This document shows, piece after piece, positions 1-9,400 of a DNA stretch of 64,000 bases. How positions within the stretch are numbered: the stretch's first letter is position 1; each line of letters starts with the position of its first letter. Origin of the DNA: Schmidtea polychroa (lineage: Eukaryota); NCBI GenBank assembly GCA_044892525.1, contig CM097885.1, positions 18,292,001 through 18,356,000 on the forward strand, read 5' to 3'. Under the pieces are notes generated by a model. The model was not told the origin of the DNA. It saw only the letters and a list, made by a program, of their open reading frames with translations, and did no database searches. The translations under genes and the position numbers were made by a program.

Positions 1-316
1 AATCAACCATATCACAAGGTTGAAAAACTTCTTCAGGACATCTATGTTGATTTTTAAAAATATCAATTATAGCTTTTTTAGTTAATTTATTTTCAAATCC
101 ACATTTCAAAAGTTGTAATTCTGGTTGATTTATGGTTGTAGAATAAAAGATTAAATTATTATAATCTACAAACCTATCCTCAAGCAACATCCTCAAAAGA
201 AGTACATTCTTTCCACATCCAGAAGAACCAACAATTAATAATCTAAAATTATCAGGAAATACTTTATTATTAAATTTACTCTTATGTCTATTTAAAATTG
301 GTTTCCAAATATCCAT
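1..316 (-). CDS. A32/FtsK-like genome packaging ATPase, N-terminal 105 aa (runs off left edge; absent from ORF track)
   Basis: Manual translation from ATG at 316: MDIWKPILNRHKSKFNNKVFPDNFRLLIVGSSGCGKNVLLLRMLLEDRFVDYNNLIFYSTTINQPELQLL... Walker A-like GSSGCGK follows a hydrophobic strand, and the frame is open to the window edge. Confidence 0.88.
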   Translation of the reverse strand, partial: MDIWKPILNRHKSKFNNKVFPDNFRLLIVGSSGCGKNVLLLRMLLEDRFVDYNNLIFYSTTINQPELQLLKCGFENKLTKKAIIDIFKNQHRCPEEVFQPCDMVD

Positions 317-331
317 TTTGTTTATTATAAA

Positions 332-889
332 ATGACAACTGAAGAATCTTTAGAGCAATCCTTGCAAGAATTAATAAATTCAAATAAAAATAAATCGGTT
401 GTAATCAGCGGTAAGAAATATTTTATTGGAAAACATGTAAAAGAACAAGTTAAAGAACATATGAAGACTGGTGGAAAGGGTCACGAGGGGGGTTTTCTTC
501 CTTTAGCTGCTTTAATTCCAGCAATAATAGCTGGAATAACTGGTGCTACAGGAATAGCTACAGGAATAGCAAAAACTGTAAGCAATTCAAGAGATGCTAG
601 AAATAAAGAATTAGAAAAAGAAAAACTAGAAGCTGAAATCGAGAAAATAAAAGGTCAAAAGGGTCAAGGTCTCTATCTTAATCCTTATCAGGGGAGGGGT
701 CTCTATCTTGATCCTTATAAAGGTAGAGGTTTAAATGATTTTTTAAAAAATCAAATTTCTACATCTGAATCTTTATCATCAAAAGATAAAGATGATTTTA
801 AAAAAATATGTAAAGCTTTAAAGAATGGGTGTATTTGTAAAAATGCGCAGGGCCAGGGATTGTATTTAAGATCTTGGAAGGAACAATGA
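332..889 (+). CDS. Virion core protein similar to adenovirus pX (mu precursor)
   Basis: GGFLPLAALIPAIIAGITGATGIA resembles the pX C-terminal GGILPLLIPLIAAAIGA motif. Repeated GxGLYL motifs follow. Confidence 0.7.
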   Translation: MTTEESLEQSLQELINSNKNKSVVISGKKYFIGKHVKEQVKEHMKTGGKGHEGGFLPLAALIPAIIAGITGATGIATGIAKTVSNSRDARNKELEKEKLEAEIEKIKGQKGQGLYLNPYQGRGLYLDPYKGRGLNDFLKNQISTSESLSSKDKDDFKKICKALKNGCICKNAQGQGLYLRSWKEQ

Positions 890-922
890 TTCCCCAGCCC
901 CCTCCATTTTAATACCATTAAA

Positions 923-1795
923 ATGGTATATGAAGAAAGATTGTCTCTTTTAAAAAAATTACAATCAGAACAAGATAAATATAATAAAAAAGATATAACT
1001 CAACATGCTGAATCAATAATATTAAATGAGGTAATCCAACAACAACAGGAGCCAACAATTAAAGCTATAGAGGGACTTATCCCTCCTGAACATAAAGCTA
1101 TAGAAGCTCCTAAAAAGGAATTATTAAGATTAGTAGGAAAAAAACGTAGAAATAATATTGATTTAGAAGAAGATGAATTTCTTTCAAGATTAACACCTCA
1201 TAAGACTCCAATTAATTTTAAAATTAATACATCACTAGCTCCATCAATTATACCTATTATAGGTTATGATCTTAGAGGTTTTCAAACAATAACAATTAAT
1301 AATCAAAAATTTTATATATATTTAAATTCAGAAAATAATCCTGCGATTATTTCAATAAATACTTTTATGAATAGAGAGCGTGTTGACATTGAACTTTCAG
1401 ATGATTTTCATGGATTAATTTCTGGATATATTCCAGATGGTGTCAAGAATGAAGAAATTGATAAATATTTAAACTTAATAAAATTAATAAATGGTAGCCC
1501 TAAAGCAAAATATATTCAAGATTTAAAGAAATATAAAGATAGAGATAAAACAACCCCTCAAATTCAAATCATTGAAGATGATTCCTCAGATGTTGAACTA
1601 TCAGAGGGAGAAGGGTATAAGGAAGGAGAGGGATTTAGTAATAACCCTATAAATCTTTTTATTGAATTAAGAAAACTATTAGCTGCAAGGAAAGCAGGAC
1701 ATAATAATTTAGATTCTGATATTTTAAAGATTTCTAAAAAATTGTTAAAACAAGGAATAATTTCAAAAGATAAATTTAATAAGTATATAAAATGA
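923..1795 (+). CDS. Conserved Polinton structural/core protein
   Basis: C-terminal GEG-F..NPINLFIELRKLLAARKAGHNN...ISKKLLKQGII helical motif, which I recognise from Polinton ORFs; lies between pX and protease. Confidence 0.6.
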   Translation: MVYEERLSLLKKLQSEQDKYNKKDITQHAESIILNEVIQQQQEPTIKAIEGLIPPEHKAIEAPKKELLRLVGKKRRNNIDLEEDEFLSRLTPHKTPINFKINTSLAPSIIPIIGYDLRGFQTITINNQKFYIYLNSENNPAIISINTFMNRERVDIELSDDFHGLISGYIPDGVKNEEIDKYLNLIKLINGSPKAKYIQDLKKYKDRDKTTPQIQIIEDDSSDVELSEGEGYKEGEGFSNNPINLFIELRKLLAARKAGHNNLDSDILKISKKLLKQGIISKDKFNKYIK

Positions 1796-2267
1796 CTCCT
1801 TCAATATTAGATTTTTTAAAAACATTTGGAATAAATACAAAAACAAATTTTGATTTAAAAGATTATGCTAGAGATTTAAATTTAAAAATTAAAATATTAA
1901 TGAATGATGAATTATCAAGTCTGGAGAAAGAAACTCCAATGAATATAATAATCAATTATCAAAATTCAAATGAGAAAGGATCTCATTGGGTTTGTATATA
2001 TAAGGGGGGGGGGTAGGTGATTTAACTAGGGAGGGCACAAGGAAGAAATCTATATACTTTGATTCTTTTGGGATTAAACCTACTAAAGATGTTGAAGACT
2101 ATCTGTCGAAGGACTATACTTTTAATTCTTTACAAGTTCAACCTTGGAATACTAAAATATGTGGTATTTTAAGTTTATATGTTTTGTATAGATTGAATAA
2201 GGGAGAGGGAAAGGATTTTGAATCTATAATCAAAGAAATTTATAATGATTTAAAATCTCTATTATAA
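1792..2267 (+). pseudogene. Adenain-like cysteine maturation protease, frameshifted at G10 run (2004-2013)
   Basis: The first frame gives NYQNSNEKGSHWVCIY. The -1 frame continues IYFDSFGIKP...LQVQPWNTKICGILSLYVL to TAA at 2265-2267. Catalytic H, D, Q and C are all present. Confidence 0.9.
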
Positions 2268-2316
2268 TATTTTACTACTAAGTAATTTAATCCTATATGA
2301 ATTTACTACTAAAGAA

Positions 2317-3135
2317 ATGGAAGACAATTTAAAAAAAATGGCAAACATAATGTCAGATAAATATTCAAGAAGTTTATTAATAAATTCAAAAGAATCAAAC
2401 TTTACTATAAATTTTGAAGATTCAATAAATTTAGATCAAGATTTAAATTATGAATTAGGACTCTTGTGGTTTTCTTGTTTTAATACTATTTTTAATATAA
2501 ATAATAATAATAATAAATTTATTATAGTTAGGAGGGATAAGATATCCCAAGCCCATTCTTCAGTTATTCCCTATAGTATGTTGGAAAATAGTGAATATAA
2601 AAAGATTAAAAAATTTAATGAATACATCATTATAAAAATCGAACCAGGATCATATGAAATAGCAGATTTAGGAAAAGCAATTTTAAAAGAAACAAATGGA
2701 GAAGTAGAAATAAAAGCAGATATTCAAACCTCAAAATGTATTGCAACTTTAAAAAATGTTGGACTTGGTGTTACTAAATCCAGTTTCTTTCATACTATTT
2801 TAGGTTTTAAAGTCAGAGAATATAACACCAACACCTCACCTATTAAATCTAAAAATATTATACAATTAACAAATACAAATTGTATAAATATAGAGTGTGA
2901 TTGTATAATGGGATCATATAATAATGGTAAACATGCAAATATTTTATATTCCTTTCCTTCTAATACTGTGGGAGTTGGATTTAAAATAGTTGAAAGAATG
3001 AATCCCCCAAATTATTTACCTTTATGCAGAAAAAATATAATGGATATTAGTTTTAGAATTGTTGATGAAAACGAGAATTTAATTAGTTTTAATGGAGAAA
3101 AGATTTCAATGTGTTTACATTTGAAACAAGTTTAA
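2317..3135 (+). CDS. Minor capsid protein (penton, single jelly-roll)
   Basis: Intact 272-aa ORF with Polinton mCP-type motifs IEPGSYEI, INIECDCIMGSYNNG...ILYSF, PNYLPL, ISFRIVDENENLISFNGE...LHLK. Confidence 0.85.
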   Translation: MEDNLKKMANIMSDKYSRSLLINSKESNFTINFEDSINLDQDLNYELGLLWFSCFNTIFNINNNNNKFIIVRRDKISQAHSSVIPYSMLENSEYKKIKKFNEYIIIKIEPGSYEIADLGKAILKETNGEVEIKADIQTSKCIATLKNVGLGVTKSSFFHTILGFKVREYNTNTSPIKSKNIIQLTNTNCINIECDCIMGSYNNGKHANILYSFPSNTVGVGFKIVERMNPPNYLPLCRKNIMDISFRIVDENENLISFNGEKISMCLHLKQV

Positions 3136-3144
3136 TCTATAAAA

Positions 3145-3947
3145 ATGAATTATGCTAATTTTAATAAGTTTGGAATATATAATGTTGGATTAAAAGATGA
3201 AGATGTTATATCTCTTACTGAAAAGAGATATATTAATGAAAGAGGTGATTCAATGAAGGGTGATTTAAGTATGAATGGACACAAGATAAAAGAATTATCT
3301 CTTCCAACTGATAATCTTGATGCTACTAATAAAGAGTTCGTTGAAAAATATGTAGATAAAAAAATAATTGAAATTGAAAAAAAACATAATGAAGAAAGAC
3401 TTAAAGATAAACAAATTATGGATACTAAATTTAATACAATATATAATATAATAAATGAGTTGATTACATCATTTAATAAAAGAATTTCAAATTTAGAATC
3501 TCATGGAACACACATTAACACCACACACACTATTAGAAAAAGAGCTGCTGAATTAGAACAGAATAAAACATTATTAGCCGATACATATAAACATTTTATA
3601 GAACCAAGTTTAATAACAACAAACAGTAAAGAATGGAAAAAGAATAGTAAAGAATAGTAAAGAATAGTAAGCTTGAAAAGGGTGATGTTATAATGACTAG
3701 TTATGATTTACCACACGGAGATTGGTATGTTAATACTCATTCACATGGACTACATAAAGTTAAAAGTAAGAATATTATTTTTAAAAGCACACTTGTACAA
3801 TATATAGATTTAATATTTTATGAAAAAAAGGTTGATGTTGATGAAGTTCGTAAAGCATTGATGGAATTGTATAAAGATATTCTCTCAACAAGAGTTTCTT
3901 TTGATATCCGAGTATTGGTACCAGATAAAGTCTTGTTGAGGATATAG
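3145..3947 (+). pseudogene. Fibre/spike-like protein split by a 10-bp tandem triplication (ORF track 3145-3657 and 3693-3947)
   Basis: GDSMKGDLSMNGHKIKELSLPTDNLDATNKEFV resembles the trimeric tail-fibre/adhesin neck motif and is followed by a coiled coil. Removing two AGAATAGTAA units fuses the two ORFs in frame. Confidence 0.65.
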
Positions 3948-3992
3948 TTAAATTCTTAGTTTAATTATTTTTTTAAATTAATTATTATTAAA

Positions 3993-4594
3993 ATGGAAAG
4001 TGTGATGTCTGAAGTAAGAGAAAAAATTTACCCAGAATTATCAGGAGATGGATTCAAAGGTTCCAAGGCCTCAGCTCCTTCAGAACTTGAAGTTATGAGG
4101 GTAAAAGAATTTAAATCTGAAACCTTACATTTAAAAGATTTATTAAAGCATTATAAAAAAATTAAAAATCGATGGAATAAAGGAGATACAACTTTAAAAA
4201 TTATAGGTTTATCTTTAGGATTTACATCTGCAATCCTAACAATAATTCTTCCTTTAACACTTCCAGCCTTAAGTCTTGTTCCTGTTGTACTTGGAAGTAT
4301 TTCTGTTGCTGATGGATTCTTAACCGAGATAGTTTCAATCTCTTATACTTCAAAAAAGAAAAGTTTATATCGAGAAGTATGTCAATCCATAGAATTAGGA
4401 ATTTCAAAATTATATTTATTCCAATTGAAAGCTTTAGAAGAGGAATCCTGACAGATGAAGAAATAATGAAATCAAATCAAATAATTCAAGATATAAAGAA
4501 TGAGGTTATAAGATTAAAGACTGAGGGGAAAGGAAGTAAGAAATATATAACAAAGAAAGTTCAAAGAGAAAAATGGTTAAAAGACTATTATTAA
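3993..4594 (+). pseudogene. Membrane protein with hydrophobic hairpin (Polinton membrane-active type), 1-bp frameshift near 4441
   Basis: Hydrophobic segment IIGLSLGFTSAILTIILPLTLPALSLVPVVLGSISV. Adding one base gives KALE(D)GILTDEEIMK, joining the 4379-4594 frame. Confidence 0.6.
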
Positions 4595-4607
4595 ATCACC
4601 ATATAAA

Positions 4608-5246
4608 ATGGATGCCTTTTTGAAAAAAGTAGATCAGGTTGCAGTTGTTGATACTTCAAAATTAAACATGTTTTTATTAAAAGAAAAAGCTTTAGAGTTT
4701 ACAAAGATTTTAAGTGAGAATCCTAATTTTACTCAAGGAAAAATTTGTAAAATGTTAGGTACTTCAGATTCTACTATGAGAAGAATAAGAAATGATTTAG
4801 GAATGCCTTCACCTTTTAGACATGCTGTTAAAATAAAGAAAAAATCTAGAAAGGGAGAGAATACTACTAAGAATTTAATTACTAAGGATTTAATTACTAA
4901 GGATGAAGGGGGAGGGAAAGGGGCTGACGCAAGCAAATCTTTTTATTGTACAGATTGTTCAAAAGTTTTTAAATCTAGTAAATCTTCACAAAATCATGTT
5001 TGCACAGGGAAACCAAAAGACAGTTTAGCAGCTGGAGGGGCTTTTAGTATCTTTAATAAGAATTCTGGAAAGTCAACTAATGATAAGTTCAATTCTGGGA
5101 GCTTCGCGACCTCTGGGAAGTCAACTAATGAGGAAGAATCTGATTCTGATTCTGGGAGCTTCGCGACCTCTGGGAAGACAACTAAGTTCAATTCTGAGGA
5201 AAGAAGTAAAAAACAATTAAATGAAATTCTAGGAGTCAAATTTTGA
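4608..5246 (+). CDS. HTH plus zinc-finger protein, putative viral regulator
   Basis: HTH-like FTQGKICKMLGTSDSTMRRIRNDLG; zinc finger FYCTDCSKVFKSSKSSQNHVC; low-complexity repeats. Confidence 0.6.
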   Translation: MDAFLKKVDQVAVVDTSKLNMFLLKEKALEFTKILSENPNFTQGKICKMLGTSDSTMRRIRNDLGMPSPFRHAVKIKKKSRKGENTTKNLITKDLITKDEGGGKGADASKSFYCTDCSKVFKSSKSSQNHVCTGKPKDSLAAGGAFSIFNKNSGKSTNDKFNSGSFATSGKSTNEEESDSDSGSFATSGKTTKFNSEERSKKQLNEILGVKF

Positions 5247-5254
5247 ATTATAAA

Positions 5255-5554
5255 ATGGATTACAACTCAGTCGTTAAATTAATTAATGAAGAACCTGAAA
5301 TGAAAAATGAATGTGTAAAACTTTTGACAGAATTTAATAAACAAAGTATGGGAACCCAAATTGATTATGCTCGACAAACACTTGTTTATCGTGTAGGACA
5401 AGAAGAAATAATGAAGAGATTAATGAATAGAACTGTTGATCTTCATATTGAAAATGAGGGATTAAAGAAAGAGAAAGAATATTTATTTGAAAGTGCTAAT
5501 TTAGTTGATAAAAGTTATATAGAATCTATGCATGAAAAACATAATTTTAAATGA
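5255..5554 (+). CDS. Hypothetical viral coiled-coil protein
   Basis: ATG in TATAAAATG context like the neighbouring genes; 99 aa. Confidence 0.5.
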   Translation: MDYNSVVKLINEEPEMKNECVKLLTEFNKQSMGTQIDYARQTLVYRVGQEEIMKRLMNRTVDLHIENEGLKKEKEYLFESANLVDKSYIESMHEKHNFK

Positions 5555-5556
5555 TT

Positions 5557-5790
5557 CTAATTCTGAGCGGAATAAGGTAATAATGAAGGAAATTGAGGAA
5601 TTATTACATAGACCAATACCAAGGATATTATGATTAATATAAAAAGTGAAATAATAAAAAGTATTATATTTTTAAGTCTAGAAAGTTTTAAGTAATAATC
5701 TTTAATTATTTCATGGATAACACCATGTAATTGTTTACCTTTTTCTACAAGTTCTTCAGCTTTTGAACATCTTAAATTAATCACCGACAT
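5557..5790 (-). CDS. Small single-pass membrane protein
   Basis: TATAAAATG start; transmembrane stretch IILFIISLFILIIISLVLVYVII. Confidence 0.5.
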   Translation of the reverse strand: MSVINLRCSKAEELVEKGKQLHGVIHEIIKDYYLKLSRLKNIILFIISLFILIIISLVLVYVIIPQFPSLLPYSAQN

Positions 5791-5990
5791 TTTATAAGAA
5801 TTTAATTCTTGCTTGTTCTAAATTCAGTCATGATTGAAAGTCACTTCTTATAGTATTAAATCCTTAGTAATTAAATCCTTAGAAAATGAATGCAAGCAGT
5901 TTCAAAGAAGAGATTGGTGATATAGACCTAGGAGATGCATCTCCAGTGGACATTCCTTCAGACCTTCCAATATAATTATTTTTAAAATAA

Positions 5991-6436
5991 ATGACTACTC
6001 ATTTTGACAATCCAGAACTTTTACTTTTGCGTGGTATTGATACTCCTCTTTCTAATCTTGCAACATATTTAAAACACACACAAGAAACTTATGAGAAGAA
6101 AACAATAGAAGAAAAAGAAAAATATGGTAAAGATTCAATAGTTGATTATTATAAACTATTGTATTCTGCTTGGTGTTATCGATCACTTCTAACACCTGAA
6201 AAAATATTAGAGGCAGAGGCAAGTGCAGAAGAGGGTAAAAAGTATTTAGATGAGTGGGGAAAAATAGATTTAGATGCTGCTATCACACGCCTCAGGGGGA
6301 GGGCTTCTTTGACGACACTTCGGATGGTCTCTCGAATGACTCTGGTTATAATTCTCTCTCGGAAGACCTCTCAGGAGAATATTCTAATTCTGATAGACTT
6401 TTAGATGGCCTTTCGGATCTTTCAGAAGAGGAGTAA
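5991..6436 (+). CDS. Hypothetical viral protein, probably frameshifted near 6295-6300 into an acidic tail
   Basis: TAAATG start. The overlapping frame 6254-6436 gives an acidic, more protein-like end (GEGFFDDTSDGLSND...EEE). Confidence 0.4.
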
Positions 6437-9400
6437 TCCTACTTAACTGACTTTTATTATAATTAAATTCTTCAGGAGTTAAATTTTTGATATATTCTTC
6501 TTCAATATTGAAACATTTTTCCATGATAGAGATTGTGTTTTTAATTTGACAATATAGAGGTTTATTATCAAGATAATCAAATTGTGGAGCCTCTTCGGGA
6601 TAGGCGATCTCAACTCTATAAATATCAAGATCGGTAATTTTTAAATTATAAAGTTTATTTATTTTATCAAGATTTTTTATTATAGGGATTAAATCATTTC
6701 CAATTGGGAGAGTTGTTTTCATATCACTTAGAATAAATCTTTTATCATCATAATTTGATAATGATATCTTTGATGATTGTTGTAAATACATATTATGCTT
6801 CTCTGATCTAAGTTGATGAACCTCTTCCATTTTATCTTGATGACCTTTTAGACAATTTTTATAATCTTGATGAGTGATATTCTTAGATACTGCTCTTTGT
6901 ATCCCTTTACATTTGTTTTCCTTAGTAATTAAATTCTTAGTGATCTTACTATTTGTTATTATTGGTTGATCAAATGTATAATCTATTTCTTTAGTTTCTT
7001 TAGTTATTGGATCCTTATACTTAATTTTAATTGTTTTCTTTTCTGTTTTTGGTTTTTCCATCTCTTCAAGAGAATATTGTTTAGGTCTAATAAATACTGC
7101 ATCTGATATTATCTTATTTGGTTTTTCATCTTTGAAGGCATATAAATCTCCAGATGGGTTTATTAGTTTTGAAAGTATGGGATCTTCAGAGATTTCTTTT
7201 TTCACATCTTCTCCATCTACTTTTAAAAAGAAACTATCTGTATCCATTGCACAGAGATGAGCTCGATCTTTAAAATGAGGAGAAATAATATCATAATAAG
7301 CTTTATACATTTGTAATTTAGAAAGCTCTAAGATTGTAAAACCCATAGAGATTGGTTTATTATAAGTTTTTTCATTATTTTTTATTTCAATTGCAATTAG
7401 GTTCTTTGAAAATACTTCACCATTTTTAAATGTGGGTTTTCCAAGCATTCGATTATATCTTGCAAAGTCTTTTTGAGTATTTGTTAGAAGCTCTATTCTT
7501 GTGTACTTATCCACATTTTCCATAGTCTTGCCAAAGACTGCATTATTTAAAAGTTTATAAATCACATCAAGATAATTATTTCCAAGTTTTTTTGCTTCTT
7601 TTCTTTTCATGATATTTTCCTCAATAAAGTCTTTCATAAATGGTGATTGTTTGAATTTTATAATATTATGAATCTTCTTCAAACGAAGACCATATGAAAG
7701 ATAAAATTGAAGTAAGAGATAATGACAAAGATAATATTCTCTATTGGTTTGATCACATAAAAGTTTTATATATGCTGTTATAAGTTTTAAGATTTGCCAA
7801 TCTGAAAGTTCACTGAGATCTATCATTCTTTTTTCAGGAGCAAGTGGAAGAAACCTGGTTGAAGATTTTATTCTATCTGGATACTCGAGATCACATTCTA
7901 TAGCATAACCATAATCTGAATCTCTGGGGGTTAATAGTATTTTTTTATAAGAGCATTTAGTTTATTAACATCATTCGGGATTTCAACCCAGGAATAGTCG
8001 CCGATTGGTAAATAATGTTCCATTACACCTCCATATAGAGCGTTTGCATCAACATAAAGTATTTCAGATGGATTGGTTAAGCCCTCCATTATTAATTTAG
8101 AGTCTTCTGGAGTTTCTATTTTAATATAGTTCTTACCAGAATCAGTATCTTTGAAATATTTTCTAATAACAGTTATTGAATTATTTGTACTTATTTCTCT
8201 ATCCCCCATTACAGAAGAAATACCCCCTCTAATATTTTGTTTAAATAGATTAAACATGTCAGCATCTTTTATTAATTCTATTTTTTTATTCTTATCAGAA
8301 TCCCCAGAAGTCCATTTATTATATAACATTATATCCCAAGCTAGAGCTGGCAGTGTTATATAATTATATGGTTTTAATTCAAAGGTATTACAAAAGATTT
8401 CAAAACAATCGGTTAGGATATAAACATCCAGGGATAAATACATGTCGGCATAATCTCCTAAAGTTTTACATCCAAATAAATCCCACATTTTATTTGCTCT
8501 AGCATATTCTTGATCTGTAATATTTATCTTTCATTATATCTTTCAAATGAATTCATGTAATCATATGGATATACTCCTTTTGCTAGGCATGTAGAATATT
8601 CTTCTAAAGGGATATTATTTTTTTCCAAAACCATCTCTATTGTATATTTAAAATCCTCAGGATTCATGTTTTTAGCTATTGAATCCAGAGGCATTTGTAG
8701 GAAGTTTAGAGAATCTAAAAATTTTAAACATCCATATTGTACACATTTATATTTTTCCTTTGTAAGTCCAATAACCTTGAAAGAGTTTTTAGCATTTACA
8801 GCTAAAGCTTTTATAAATAAATGTAAATCATATCCAAAAAGATTATGAAATGTAACAGGTATAAATTTAGGAGTGTGACAATTAAGGTTGCAATTATTAT
8901 GAGCAGCTCCTCTATAATTATTTTCCTTTTTAAAATGATCATGATCAGGAACTTTAGGAGTCTTGGATACAAGAGGATCGTCAAATTTCTGTTTGCACAT
9001 CCAACAATGTGTAGTATTTTTATATTCTTCAAATTGTTCATCTGAGAAATTTAATTTATGGTCTGTTTTTAATACCATAAATAATTTATGTTCTAGGTGA
9101 TTTGTATCATCAACAAAATGGTTTAGGGTGTCTTCTTGAGAGATTCCTCTATATGAATATTCTTTAGATTCTATGAGTTCAGGATAATTACTTTTAAAAA
9201 ATAGTTTATAAGCTGTTGGTATTTGTTTAGCAGTTCTTATTGTATAAGATTTTTTATTTTCCCATAGAAAGTTTTTCATAATCAACCATTTGGGAATCTG
9301 CGTAGTCATTCCTTTTAAATACTCTTCAAAAGGATCTACTAAATTATGTTTTTCTATTATTTTAAAATATTCTTTTTCTAAATCATATTCTACATTTATT

